Of a stretch of 64,000 nucleotides of DNA, positions 40,172-49,960 are shown in pieces. The stretch is from a virus. How positions within the stretch are numbered: position 1 is the first letter of the stretch; each line of letters opens with the position of its first letter. Location: positions 1 through 64,000 of the IMG/VR virus record IMGVR_UViG_3300037628_000362; one strand, written 5' to 3'. Both the position numbers and the translations under genes were made by a program. The notes beneath the pieces were generated by a model that saw nothing but the letters and a program-made list of their open reading frames with translations, did no database searches and was not told the origin of the DNA.

Positions 40172-40660
40172 GTGATGAACGGAAAAGTAAAGCGGTTCCC
40201 GTTGCGGGATATCTTATCTGTCACGACAGGCCGTTTACTGACCAAAGGCAACGGTCCTAGCGACAACGGCATCGGAGCCCTGTATGACTTATTAGGACAC
40301 ATGACCGGCGGTTCGCCATTCACACATCAGTTACCGCGGTTCGCCGAAGAGTGTAAGCCCTGGCTGTATCGTTGGTTTCCGGAGCTGGCCGCGGCAGAAT
40401 CAGGCTCCGCGATGAAAAGCCTTGATCTTTGGGTCAGCAAAGCCCCGTCGTGCCCGGACGAAGGTGTTAAGATGTGGCTGGCGGAACTCAAAATGATGAA
40501 CCCGGATCTTCAGGACGAGTACGACGTGGGGCAAATTCAGGCCGACGACCACGACACTAGGGACCCGCTCGATGAACTTGTCGCAATGCGCGGGTCCGAC
40601 GAAGGAATCTTTCCCGTTCTTGTAAGTCCTAACGAGCCAAGTACGTCAGTCCTAAACTAA
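40172..40660 (+). CDS. Conserved-looking phage hypothetical protein
   Basis: DILSVTTGRLL...MTG...FTHQLPR. Confidence 0.65.
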   Translation: MMNGKVKRFPLRDILSVTTGRLLTKGNGPSDNGIGALYDLLGHMTGGSPFTHQLPRFAEECKPWLYRWFPELAAAESGSAMKSLDLWVSKAPSCPDEGVKMWLAELKMMNPDLQDEYDVGQIQADDHDTRDPLDELVAMRGSDEGIFPVLVSPNEPSTSVLN

Positions 40661-40686
40661 AACGCTCACACCAGAGCACCAAGTAG

Positions 40687-41583
40687 ATGAAGTGTACAAC
40701 TGATCTCATTGAGCCAGTAGCCCGTCGTTGGCGTGCTCACGTAAAGGAAGTAATCGAGGGTCTTCCGTTCGCCGATTACTGCGAGATCGTGGCAATGAAC
40801 TCCTCGACGATCGTGGAGGGGATCAACGACGATCACGAACTGTCGATGCATCATCTTCGCCATGCGTGGCTGAATCCGTTAAAGGACACCCCGGCGCGTA
40901 AGTGGGGCAGGATGATGCATACGCTGCTGTTCGAGCCGCATGAGTTCGAGGAGAAGTACGCGATCTGGAACGACGGCCCGAAGGTCGGGCTGGGCTACAA
41001 GAATTGGAAGCACGAGAACCGTGGTTGCGAGATCATCGGCTGGAAGGAGCAGGTTGATTGCGTCCACGCCGCTGCCGCATTCCTCCAGAATAATAAGATT
41101 CAGGAGATCATCAAGGACTGCGTTCCAGAACTGACGCTCTTGACACCGACAGATGGCATCCAGTGTAAATGCAAGATCGACTGCACTACCACGGATCGTA
41201 GACTCGTTGACTTCAAGACGACCAGAAGGAAAAGTGCCGCCGGATTCGGGCGGGATTTCTTCGGCTACAAGTACGACATCAAGCTCGGCCTGTACCGCTA
41301 CTGGCTCCGGCAGCATTACGAAGGCGACTGGCCGTGCGAAGTCATTACCATGGAGAACGAGCCCCCGTTCTACACTCGCGTCATACCAATACCTCACGCC
41401 GTCCTGGACCGCGGTGAGGAGATCGGGCTCAAGGTGATCCGTGCATTGCGTGAGGCGATCGACAGTGACTCTTGGCCGGGCTGGGATAACGGAGAGTACA
41501 CTGATCTCGTCGTTCCGATCTGGAGTATGCCCGACGATGAAGTTGATTACGAAGGAGTACAGGAGATCAAACATGGAGACTGA
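40687..41583 (+). CDS. RecE/ExoVIII-like PD-(D/E)XK exonuclease (DUF3799-like)
   Basis: G...H..L.EP..F, KCKID, VDFKTT, Y...Y, WPG. Confidence 0.85.
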   Translation: MKCTTDLIEPVARRWRAHVKEVIEGLPFADYCEIVAMNSSTIVEGINDDHELSMHHLRHAWLNPLKDTPARKWGRMMHTLLFEPHEFEEKYAIWNDGPKVGLGYKNWKHENRGCEIIGWKEQVDCVHAAAAFLQNNKIQEIIKDCVPELTLLTPTDGIQCKCKIDCTTTDRRLVDFKTTRRKSAAGFGRDFFGYKYDIKLGLYRYWLRQHYEGDWPCEVITMENEPPFYTRVIPIPHAVLDRGEEIGLKVIRALREAIDSDSWPGWDNGEYTDLVVPIWSMPDDEVDYEGVQEIKHGD

Positions 41584-41953
41584 ACAATTCACCGGCGCAT
41601 CTTCCGTAATGAAGGGCGATACGCCCTGGCTTGCGTCAGAGGATATTATTGATGCCGGTGACGTGATCGTGGAAATCGAGGGGATTTACCTGCATCGTGA
41701 CGCAGTGTTTGATGATGGGCGCAAGGAAGATGTGTACGCCCTGGGTTTCGTGGGTAAAAAGAAACATCTAATCCTGAATGCCACAAACCGCCAGCGGATA
41801 GTAAAATTGACCGGCACAGGTAAAACAGCATCCTGGATCGGTCAAGTGATCGCCCTGTACGTTGAATACGGAATCCGGAAGCCAGGCGGCGTGAAGGGCG
41901 AGACGACGTGCGGGATCAGGATTAGGGAAAAGGTGCCTGTTCAAGAAAAGTGA
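41573..41953 (+). CDS. Putative ssDNA-binding/recombination partner
   Basis: LILNATN...WIG..I.L...GIRI motif, position after exonuclease. Confidence 0.55.
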   Translation: METEQFTGASSVMKGDTPWLASEDIIDAGDVIVEIEGIYLHRDAVFDDGRKEDVYALGFVGKKKHLILNATNRQRIVKLTGTGKTASWIGQVIALYVEYGIRKPGGVKGETTCGIRIREKVPVQEK

Positions 41954-41964
41954 CAACGTGTCAC
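41950..41964. promoter_or_regulatory. Palindromic site (copy 5)
   Basis: GTGACAACGTGTCAC overlapping the upstream stop codon. Confidence 0.85.
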
Positions 41965-41991
41965 ATTTGTAAACCTAAAACGGAGGAAACC

Positions 41992-43317
41992 ATGAAAGTT
42001 CTGCGCTACACCGTCCACAATTTGATGCGGATTTCCGATCTCGACCTGGACCTCGAAGGCCGCCACCTGTTCGTGATCGGCGGAAAGAACGGCGAGGGCA
42101 AGACCTCCGCCACTTCCGCTCTCCTAATGGCCCTGTGCGGCCGATCCGGGATGGACTGGCCTGAAGTGGCACTGCGTGAAGGGCAAGATGAAGGATGGGT
42201 GAAGGTCGAACTGGCCGGCGATGCCGTACTCGAAAATTACACGGTTGAGTTGAACCTCAAACGTCGTCGCGGCGGGACTGTCATTGAGGGCCTGAAGATG
42301 ACGGACTCGGACGGCAAAACGCTCACCGGACCTCGTGATATACTGAAACAACTGTACCACAATAGGGCGTTCGATCCACGGGAGTTCGAGACCGCACCCA
42401 AGAAGGCCCGCCGGGAGTGGCTGATGTCCCTAGCCGGTCTGGACTTCAGCGAGGATAAGGCTAAGCGAAAGCGGATCTTCGATGAGCGAACCGTCGTCAA
42501 CCGAGACGTGCATAAGGCCAAGGCCAAGCTGGAGGACATGGCGTTTCACAGTGACGCGCCGGAAAAAGAGGTCTCGTCGTGGGACAGGATGCAGGAAGTC
42601 GATCGGAGGCAGAAGCATAACGCGAAGCTCGACAGCCTGAATGAAAAGTTCGCTGGGTGCCAGCGTAGTATCGAAGAGTCAATGGCAGCCGCCCGTAGAC
42701 TCGCCGATGAGATCGAAAAAACCGAGGCCCTTCTTCGTGTCAGGCAGAGTCATTTCAGGTCGAACGCCAGTGAGCAATCGGCACTCCAGGACTCCATTGA
42801 TTCGATCAAGTACGACATAGACCATTTTGTGCAGCTCGATGTTGAGGAGATACGGGACAAGATCAAGACGGACGGTGAGAACAACCAGAAAGTCCGCGAG
42901 AACGTCGTTCGTGCGGCCCAAAAAGAAGAGCTGACCGACCTATCGACAAAAGTGTTCGATCTCACTGATGCTATCCATGCCATCGACGACAAGATTCAGA
43001 ACGCCCTGAACGATGCCCAGTTCCCGGTCGCCGGGCTGTCAGTCGACGACGACGGGGTTCTCTGGAATGGTCTACCGTTCGAGCAGGCGTCCCAGAGCGA
43101 GCGGATTGTCGTTTCAGCCAAGATCGGACTGGCGGCCAACCCAGAGCTTCCGCTGCTTGTGACTCAGCATGGCTCGGATCTCGACAGGGATACGCTCAAG
43201 AGCCTGGAGTCGTTCCTGGCGGAAGAAGACGCCCAGATGATCTTAGAGGTCGTGACACGCACAGAGGAGGATGAAGAACTATGCTCGCTGGTCATCGAGG
43301 ACGGTAAAGCCAAGTAG
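41992..43317 (+). CDS. SMC/SbcC-like coiled-coil ABC ATPase
   Basis: GKNGEGKT Walker A, central coiled coil, ASQSE signature, degenerate Walker B/D-loop (GSDLD). Confidence 0.85.
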   Translation: MKVLRYTVHNLMRISDLDLDLEGRHLFVIGGKNGEGKTSATSALLMALCGRSGMDWPEVALREGQDEGWVKVELAGDAVLENYTVELNLKRRRGGTVIEGLKMTDSDGKTLTGPRDILKQLYHNRAFDPREFETAPKKARREWLMSLAGLDFSEDKAKRKRIFDERTVVNRDVHKAKAKLEDMAFHSDAPEKEVSSWDRMQEVDRRQKHNAKLDSLNEKFAGCQRSIEESMAAARRLADEIEKTEALLRVRQSHFRSNASEQSALQDSIDSIKYDIDHFVQLDVEEIRDKIKTDGENNQKVRENVVRAAQKEELTDLSTKVFDLTDAIHAIDDKIQNALNDAQFPVAGLSVDDDGVLWNGLPFEQASQSERIVVSAKIGLAANPELPLLVTQHGSDLDRDTLKSLESFLAEEDAQMILEVVTRTEEDEELCSLVIEDGKAK

Positions 43318-43388
43318 TTGAAGCCATCTGAGTAGCCAGGCTATAATGGAGTCTCATTTCAAACCCTAGTAAAACGGAGGATCTTTTA

Positions 43389-43757
43389 ATGACCGACTTG
43401 AAAGTAGCAGCGTTCCCGGATGACGGGCCACTCGTTCCACATCCGCTGACCTTGGAGAACCTTCCTATCCCACTCGGCGACTTCGTGCTGATCGAGCCGA
43501 TTGACCAGACTGTCTCGGACGGCGGAATCCGGCTGCCAGAGGGCGCAGACATGGGGCCTAACCGCGGCCGTGTCTTGGCTGTTGGCCCAGGGCGATGGGA
43601 GTTCGGCGCACTGATTGAGCCAAAGGTGGAAAAGGGAGACTTGGTTCTACTGTTGTTCGCCTACGATCGTCCAGCCGAAATCCCGCATAACGGACAGAAG
43701 TTGATTATCATTCGTGAGAGGGCGATCATCGCCAAACTGAACCCAAGGAGCCTGTAA
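43389..43757 (+). CDS. groES: GroES/Cpn10 co-chaperonin
   Basis: PLGDFVLI, GGIRLP mobile loop, GRVLAVGPG, V.KGD.V. Confidence 0.88.
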   Translation: MTDLKVAAFPDDGPLVPHPLTLENLPIPLGDFVLIEPIDQTVSDGGIRLPEGADMGPNRGRVLAVGPGRWEFGALIEPKVEKGDLVLLLFAYDRPAEIPHNGQKLIIIRERAIIAKLNPRSL

Positions 43758-43815
43758 AACGGAGATGGTGGCGGGGACGTTTTGCCGTGGTCCCGGGCTA
43801 ATACGGGGCAGTTAT

Positions 43816-43903
43816 GGCCAAGCATTATGGTTGTGGATCAGTCGTCACAGGCCGAAGAGGCAGATGATGGATGATTGGCGGGTTCGATTCCTGCCCTTGG
43901 TCC
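43816..43903 (+). ncRNA. tRNA-like element A
   Basis: GGCCAAG/CTTGGTC acceptor stem, T arm with TTCGATT loop, long non-canonical central hairpin. Confidence 0.55.
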
Positions 43904-43907
43904 TTAT

Positions 43908-43977
43908 GACCAAGCTCGTGATTGGGTCCACTGTGCCCCGGGCCGTGGATGGCGGGTTCGATTCCTGCCCTTGGTCC
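43908..43977 (+). ncRNA. tRNA-like element B
   Basis: GACCAAG/CTTGGTC acceptor stem, same 30-nt 3' end as element A, TCCAC/GTGGA central stem. Confidence 0.55.
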
Positions 43978-43981
43978 TTGA

Positions 43982-44052
43982 TGTGGGCTAGTGTAATGGT
44001 AACATACGGGCCTCATACGTCCGTGCTATCGGTTCGACTCCGGTGCCCACCA
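43982..44052 (+). tRNA. tRNA with CAT anticodon (Met or Ile2)
   Basis: Cloverleaf: GTGGGC/GCCCAC, D arm GTGT/ACAT, CGGGC-CTCATAC-GTCCG, ATCGG-TTCGACT-CCGGT; 1:72 mismatch. Confidence 0.85.
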
Positions 44053-44114
44053 TTTATAAGCACAAACACTAATGAGATCCCTGGCGGCCGGCGGCGGGGA
44101 CGTTTTGCCGGTGC

Positions 44115-44172
44115 ATACGCCAATGTTCTAAGGCGGGCGATAGAGACTCCAGTTCGATTCCTGGGGCGTATA
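44115..44172 (+). pseudogene. Truncated tRNA-like element
   Basis: ATACGCC/GGCGTAT stem and GTTCGATTCC, but too short for a full cloverleaf. Confidence 0.4.
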
Positions 44173-44522
44173 CTAGAACCCGTGAGAAGGCCCTTAACCG
44201 GATTCTAGTCACTGAAGGTGAGGCTTTGAAATCCAGTAGACTGCTGGGTTCATTTACGCTGGGTAATGACCGTCGCGGGAAGCACCCGCCGCTAAATTAC
44301 CTGGGGCCGTTATTTTACCTCAACCAGGAGGATTTAATGAGATTGGCAGCTATCGAAAAACTTGTCGTCGCGCTGATCGTCGTTATGGTGTTACTGATCG
44401 CCGGATCCGTGGGATGCTTCGTGTATGTCATCAGTGAAGCCGGTGGCTGTAGGGGAGTTGTAATTGAGGTCGGCAAGGGGATTAAGGACATATCCAGCGA
44501 GATCAATAAGGACTAACTTATT

Positions 44523-44717
44523 ATGAATAAAAAACAACTTCTAGTGGATGCAATAATTGGGCGTGGCTTCCGGAGCATACAACATTCCGTGGCTATGACA
44601 GAAGAGGGACTCGCTCGATTCAACGGAAATCAACATAACGAATCTTGGGAATGGAAACGTAATAGCCTTATGGAAATGGAGACGACTCAACTGAAAGCAA
44701 TCTACTGCGAGGACTAG
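44523..44717 (+). CDS. Small hypothetical protein
   Basis: 64 aa between coupled genes. Confidence 0.55.
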   Translation: MNKKQLLVDAIIGRGFRSIQHSVAMTEEGLARFNGNQHNESWEWKRNSLMEMETTQLKAIYCED

Positions 44718-44718
44718 T

Positions 44719-45486
44719 ATGAAGCTGAATATCGACCCCGATCTTGAGAACTACCTGACTCAGCCTAAGTCGCCAACAGACGACATGCTGACCGCTCTCA
44801 TTAAGCGTGACGGTGGAGTAGGCCACGAGCACGCTATCACCGTCTGGGAGGGCAAGGGAGTCATTGTCGACGGGCATCGTCGCTATCGGATCTGCCAGGA
44901 ACTCGACCTCCCGTTCGCTGTCGTCGAGCAGAAGTTCAAGGACATCGATCAGGTTAAGTCTGAAATGCGACAGATCCAACTCAGTCGCCGCAACTCGACT
45001 GGCCGCGTACGAGATTCCCTGATGACAGAGGAGCTTGAGTACCAGCGGTCCATGGGAGCCGGAAAAGGGGATTCACTCCAGGCCGTAGCGGATAGTGTCG
45101 GGACGACGACTCGCACCGTTCGCCGAGCCAGTAAGCGCACCGAGGCCGAGAAGAAGCTCCCGCAGGAAGTGTCAGACCGGATCAAGTCCGGCGACCTGAA
45201 GGCGTCCCAAAGGGATGTTATCGCCCTGGCTGCGAAAGACCATACTGAGATCAAGGAAGCAGTTGCTACAGTGGATTCCGGCGACTGTAAGACAATCCAC
45301 GAGGCGCTTCGGCAGATGGACGACACGCCGGAGTTTAATATCAGGCAAGTCAAGTCAGATGCACGGGCGGCGGCTGTCACGCTACTAAAAGCTCTCGACG
45401 CTCTCCAGGAGCTTCAGAGTAGCCCTCGGCACCAGAGCGTAATCCGAAAGGCAAAGAGTATTCTGGAGTGTTTGGATAAGTGGTAA
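44719..45486 (+). CDS. ParB/Srx-like N-terminal domain protein with HTH
   Basis: IVDGHRRY, QLSRRN, VADSVGTTTRTVRR helix-turn-helix. Confidence 0.8.
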   Translation: MKLNIDPDLENYLTQPKSPTDDMLTALIKRDGGVGHEHAITVWEGKGVIVDGHRRYRICQELDLPFAVVEQKFKDIDQVKSEMRQIQLSRRNSTGRVRDSLMTEELEYQRSMGAGKGDSLQAVADSVGTTTRTVRRASKRTEAEKKLPQEVSDRIKSGDLKASQRDVIALAAKDHTEIKEAVATVDSGDCKTIHEALRQMDDTPEFNIRQVKSDARAAAVTLLKALDALQELQSSPRHQSVIRKAKSILECLDKW

Positions 45487-45507
45487 CTCGAATGAAAGGA
45501 GCAAATA

Positions 45508-45783
45508 ATGGGCGAACCTATTTTCCATAGCCATTTGACTGACGAGCTTCCGCAAGATCATCCACTTGCCAATGAAGATGTATATTGCCAAACACACAGA
45601 TCACTTGGCTGCTGCGACTCCTCTATGCTTCACGCATTTAATAACGAGTGCATGAGGACATGGGTGGAGTTCGCTGACAAAACTGTCTGTGCCGAAAGCT
45701 TTGCGAAGTTTCTTTTACGAGGGAATGGCGTCCTTAGCGACGCTGCCTTTGTATCCTTTGTCTCTAAATATTCTGACAAATAA
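45508..45783 (+). CDS. Hypothetical protein
   Basis: AAGGAG RBS, 91 aa. Confidence 0.6.
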   Translation: MGEPIFHSHLTDELPQDHPLANEDVYCQTHRSLGCCDSSMLHAFNNECMRTWVEFADKTVCAESFAKFLLRGNGVLSDAAFVSFVSKYSDK

Positions 45784-45797
45784 CTAAGGAGTAGGAT

Positions 45798-46196
45798 ATG
45801 ACGTGCCTCGGCAACTTACTGGTCCCAAGCGAACAACAGTTTGAATCAAGACGAGTATGCGAACTGATCGTGTATTTATTTAAGCGGATCTCAATACATC
45901 CGCCATATTGGGTGATTGATGCCGCGAACGAATGCTACGGAGACGTCAGGCGGCTCGATGAAGCTACTAAGATTCTCTGCGAAGCTTGCCGCAGTCTAAA
46001 TGAAGGCCAGGTCAACGTGTTCATCTACGACGGAAGAAATGCTGGGGCACGTAGATTGGCTGACTGGTGGGATCGACACCAGGAATTGGATCGACGTAGA
46101 GTTGACGAGGAGGAGAAGTCTCGCAATAAGATTCTATTAAGGGCTCGTGCGATCAGAAAATTGACAGTAGAGGAAAGGCAGGCGATAGGTCTGTGA
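45798..46196 (+). CDS. Hypothetical protein
   Basis: AAGGAG RBS, 132 aa. Confidence 0.65.
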   Translation: MTCLGNLLVPSEQQFESRRVCELIVYLFKRISIHPPYWVIDAANECYGDVRRLDEATKILCEACRSLNEGQVNVFIYDGRNAGARRLADWWDRHQELDRRRVDEEEKSRNKILLRARAIRKLTVEERQAIGL

Positions 46197-47728
46197 TAAC
46201 CTTACCAACCCTCTATGACCACCAGGCCACCCAGGTCAACGATGTTCGCAATGCGTTCCGACGCCATAAGGGCGTGATATTATGCGCCCAGACAGGCGAG
46301 GGAAAGACGCGCGAGGCAAAGCACATTATCGGTCTAGGCGTCAACCGCGGGCCATCTAAGGGACAGAGTGGTAACTTCCTGTTTACTGTCCGCCGCCGTG
46401 GTCTGGTCGATAATGCCAGTAATTCATTCAACGAATATCCCGTGCTCCCACACGGCGTCATTATGAGCGGAAAGGAAACATCTTTCGATCGTAATGTACA
46501 AGTGGCGTCGATTGACACGCTTCTTTCGTGGTGGGCAGAGGATGGGCAGTATAGCGGACCGCTCACTTTTGATATGATTTGTTTTGACGAGTGCCACGCA
46601 CATCACTCGAAGCTAGCCACATTTCTGAAGGCCCACAGGACAGAGCGTCGCAGACTGGGCCTTATGCCTGCTTATGTGCTTGGGCTCAGTGCAACTCCAT
46701 ATGCCAAGGGTCTATGTGATGTATACGGAGAGATCGTTAAAGGGGCGAGGGTTGATTGGTTGATACAAAACGGATTCCTCGTACCCTACCGGTACTTTGA
46801 AGGCACGAAAGGAAAGCTTGATCTCCTAGTTAAGCAGGGAAACGGGTTCACTCGTGACAGTAATTCCGCCGCCATGGGCGGCCTGTCCGGTACTATGGTC
46901 CGCGACTGGCTCCGGCTTGGCGAAGGGAGACCGACAATCGGGTTCTTTTTGCGGCGTCAGCACGCACGTGATGCCATGGATGAACTTGAAGCGGCTGGTA
47001 TTGACACTCGCTACGTTGACGGCGACACTAGCGATACTATCCGGAGGTCCCTGTTTTATGGATTAGGTGAGGGCCACTTTAATTATCTAACAAACGTCGA
47101 CGTTGTAGGACGCGGAACAGATATCCCGAGGGTATCCTGTATTCAACTTTGCTTAGGGATTGGCAGCGTTGTTCAATTTCGGCAAAAGATTGGTCGCGGA
47201 AGCCGCGTGCATCCGCTGAAGAAAGATTGCATTGTAATCGATCACGCAGACAATGTACATCGCCTCGGTTACTTTGAAGACGATGTTGACTGGACTATCG
47301 ACGCCACGCGGGATACTGTAAAGGACCATGAGGCCCGCCCTTCTATCACCTGCCCGAAGTGCAAGGCCGTGTACCGAGGCGGGAAATGCCAGATGTGCGG
47401 TTATGAACCAACACAGCGCGAGCGGAAGCAGCAGAAGCTTCAGTTCGACGGCACCGAACTTCAGGAAATCAACCGCAGCACTCACAAACGCGGTGAGTAC
47501 AGCCACGAGAAGTTAATGGTATCGAAGCTTTTTATGGCTGGTCGCGCTGGCCTTACATTCAAGGCGGCGGTTGCAATAGCCGGACAAGAGGCTGCTAAAA
47601 AAGGCCAGAAATTCCGAGTGCCACATAAAGTCAAGATAGCCGGCCAAGATTACTACATGCCGGAATACGGCTCGCCAGACGGTGAACGACGAGTCCGGGC
47701 TCTGTTCCCAGTTACAGCGGGGAGATAA
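46193..47728 (+). CDS. Superfamily 2 helicase (RadD/ResIII-like) with zinc finger
   Basis: TGEGKT, DECH, SAT, G.D.P, Q.IGRGSR, CPKC..CQMC. Confidence 0.9.
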   Translation: MITLPTLYDHQATQVNDVRNAFRRHKGVILCAQTGEGKTREAKHIIGLGVNRGPSKGQSGNFLFTVRRRGLVDNASNSFNEYPVLPHGVIMSGKETSFDRNVQVASIDTLLSWWAEDGQYSGPLTFDMICFDECHAHHSKLATFLKAHRTERRRLGLMPAYVLGLSATPYAKGLCDVYGEIVKGARVDWLIQNGFLVPYRYFEGTKGKLDLLVKQGNGFTRDSNSAAMGGLSGTMVRDWLRLGEGRPTIGFFLRRQHARDAMDELEAAGIDTRYVDGDTSDTIRRSLFYGLGEGHFNYLTNVDVVGRGTDIPRVSCIQLCLGIGSVVQFRQKIGRGSRVHPLKKDCIVIDHADNVHRLGYFEDDVDWTIDATRDTVKDHEARPSITCPKCKAVYRGGKCQMCGYEPTQRERKQQKLQFDGTELQEINRSTHKRGEYSHEKLMVSKLFMAGRAGLTFKAAVAIAGQEAAKKGQKFRVPHKVKIAGQDYYMPEYGSPDGERRVRALFPVTAGR

Positions 47729-47729
47729 C

Positions 47730-48140
47730 ATGAAACACTTCAGGATAAAATCACTACGGAACACCATCACAAAGTGGCACAGGAGGCTGACGAGCTTCGT
47801 GGTGACCAGGAAGCGATTCGAGAGTGAGTTGGCTCGACGTGATGGAGCTATCTGTGAGTTAAGAAGTAGATACAAGCGAGAGATTACGGATAGCATTAAG
47901 ACGGCGCAAGCAATTATCAGAAGGTGCTCGCGTATCGACTTTCAACAGCGGGATTGCACTGACACGTACGCAGTCACAGTGTCATTCGACGCAAGAATGA
48001 TGAGTCTCGGCCACCCGGATCAGCGTGAATTAGCAATGATCGCCCAGTGTGTAGGTAGAGACGTGGAGTGTGAAATTTCCCGCTCCAGGTTTATTCAACC
48101 GCCTGAATCGAGACGGGAGCATTCGCGGCTGCGGAGATGA
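47730..48140 (+). CDS. Inserted hypothetical protein
   Basis: 136 aa flanked by GGAGATRACATGA repeats. Confidence 0.6.
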   Translation: MKHFRIKSLRNTITKWHRRLTSFVVTRKRFESELARRDGAICELRSRYKREITDSIKTAQAIIRRCSRIDFQQRDCTDTYAVTVSFDARMMSLGHPDQRELAMIAQCVGRDVECEISRSRFIQPPESRREHSRLRR

Positions 48141-48141
48141 C

Positions 48142-49041
48142 ATGAGCAACGAAGTATGGCGACAAGCCTCGAAGCGCGAACCGTGCCCGATCTGTGAGAA
48201 GCCAGATTGGTGTTCGCTCACCGGTGTCGAGGGTGCGATCGAAGTGGTCGTTTGTATGCGAGTCGAAAGCGACAAGCAATGCAAAAATGGCGGTTGGCTG
48301 CATCGGCTGCGAGAATCCACTGGCCAGTATTCGCCTCCCCCAGCTAAGCCGAAGACAATCTATGACACCGCCAATGCCGCGGTATCGTCCCTGGAAGTCA
48401 ATCGCGGTAAACGTTCGGCCCTGTGGACCTACCACGATATCGACGACGATCCGGTGGGCGTGATCGTGCGATGGGATCGTCCCGACGGCAAAGACATCCT
48501 CCCAGTGTCCCGCAACGGCATGGGCTGGGTCATCGGCGGCATGACTGAACCGAGGCCCCTTTACTGCCTACCGGACCTAGCCGGAGCGGATCGGGTGTTT
48601 ATCTGCGAAGGCGAAAAGGCGGTAGACGCGGCCCGTTCGATCGGGTTGACAGCCACTACATCACCTCACGGTAGCATGAGTGCCGCCAAAGCCGACTGGA
48701 CTCCGTTAGCTGGCAAAGAATGTGTGATCCTGCCTGACAAGGACGAGCCGGGTTATAAGTATGCCGACGATGTGGCAGCGATCCTGAAAACCATGAAGCC
48801 ATACCATAAGATCCAGATAGTTCACCTGCCTGGCCTGGGCGAACACGGTGATATAGTAGATTGGTTGGCGGGGCGACCGGATGCCGTCGCAGCTCGCCGG
48901 CAAGTGGAAAGCCTGGTCGCCGACGCCTCTGGTCTAAATGATTCCAGAATAGACCGCATAGTGAGTCTGACTGAAACCGTATTTGATCGGTGCTCGGAAC
49001 TAAAGACTCTGGTTGATGAGCTACGTGACGGGGGGGAATAA
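48142..49041 (+). CDS. Primase-like protein (Zn-binding + Toprim)
   Basis: CPIC...DWC...CMR, CEGEK, PDKDEPG, GDIVDW. Confidence 0.85.
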   Translation: MSNEVWRQASKREPCPICEKPDWCSLTGVEGAIEVVVCMRVESDKQCKNGGWLHRLRESTGQYSPPPAKPKTIYDTANAAVSSLEVNRGKRSALWTYHDIDDDPVGVIVRWDRPDGKDILPVSRNGMGWVIGGMTEPRPLYCLPDLAGADRVFICEGEKAVDAARSIGLTATTSPHGSMSAAKADWTPLAGKECVILPDKDEPGYKYADDVAAILKTMKPYHKIQIVHLPGLGEHGDIVDWLAGRPDAVAARRQVESLVADASGLNDSRIDRIVSLTETVFDRCSELKTLVDELRDGGE

Positions 49042-49397
49042 TGGGAAGGGCAGTTGAAAAGCCATTTGCCGGGGGAACGTGGTCAAAGGCCAAGTTCTTT
49101 GGGTTCCTGCGCAGCAACCTACGCAAGACTAGCCGTAAGTTCCCGGCGAAGCGGCAGGCCGAGGAAGCCTGTAGGAGAAAGCTGAAAGTCAAGATCGGAA
49201 ACCAAGTATGGGAGTACCAGTGTGCCGGGTGCGGCCACGGGTATAAGCGAAGTGAAGGAAACATGCACCATATCACGTCGGCTGGCAGCCTGAAGTCGTT
49301 CAGGGATCTCCCTGGCTTTGTTAAGCGGCTATTCTGTGAGGCTGACGGGTATCATTTTCTGTGCGAGGAGTGCCATGACAAAATCCACAAAAAGTAA
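49041..49397 (+). CDS. HNH endonuclease
   Basis: CAGC...HHI...LCEECH. Confidence 0.75.
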   Translation: MGRAVEKPFAGGTWSKAKFFGFLRSNLRKTSRKFPAKRQAEEACRRKLKVKIGNQVWEYQCAGCGHGYKRSEGNMHHITSAGSLKSFRDLPGFVKRLFCEADGYHFLCEECHDKIHKK

Positions 49398-49558
49398 CTT
49401 CGAGATCGGCTGGGACGCCTACGCAGCCGGCAAGACGATACTCGACAATCCAAACGAGTATCTCACGCCCAAGTGGGAGTGGCACCGTGACGGATGGTGG
49501 GCAGCGTACGAGTGGCAGCGTAAAACTAGTTTATTCACCAAAAAAAGGAGAAAATGAA

Positions 49559-49825
49559 ATGCCGGAATACGACAACAATATGAGTGGAGTTCTGCGCAGG
49601 GACGATGCGCCAAAGCGTGAAGGCAAGAAAGATCGGGACTTCAGCGGCTGGTGTGAGATCGATCATACGGAGTATTGGATTAGCGGATGGACAAAGACTG
49701 CTGGCCCGGAAGCAAAGCAGCCCGGCCGCAAATTCTTCTCGCTATCCTTTGAGCCGAAGAAGGAACAGGCCCAGCAGCAAGCACCGGCCAGCGAACCAGG
49801 GACTGATGACGACATACCGTTCTAA
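49559..49825 (+). CDS. Small SSB-like protein
   Basis: YDN..SG.L, YWISGW, acidic DDDIPF tail. Confidence 0.7.
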   Translation: MPEYDNNMSGVLRRDDAPKREGKKDRDFSGWCEIDHTEYWISGWTKTAGPEAKQPGRKFFSLSFEPKKEQAQQQAPASEPGTDDDIPF

Positions 49826-49960
49826 GGGGAAGTGAAATGAGTGAGAACCATGTCGTCACCGTGACATTCGGGACGTGGCGCCTTCAATCGTATGCAACCA
49901 CCGACAACCTGCCAGATGCCGAGCGGCTACGTATACGCGCACGAAAACAAGGGTACACTG

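Noticed and set aside
43770-44172. CRISPR array
   Set aside because: Only two copies of each repeat, the repeats are tRNA 3' halves, and there are no cas genes.
43765-44208. 147-aa ORF
   Set aside because: It overlaps a tRNA and tRNA-like repeats and is most likely spurious.
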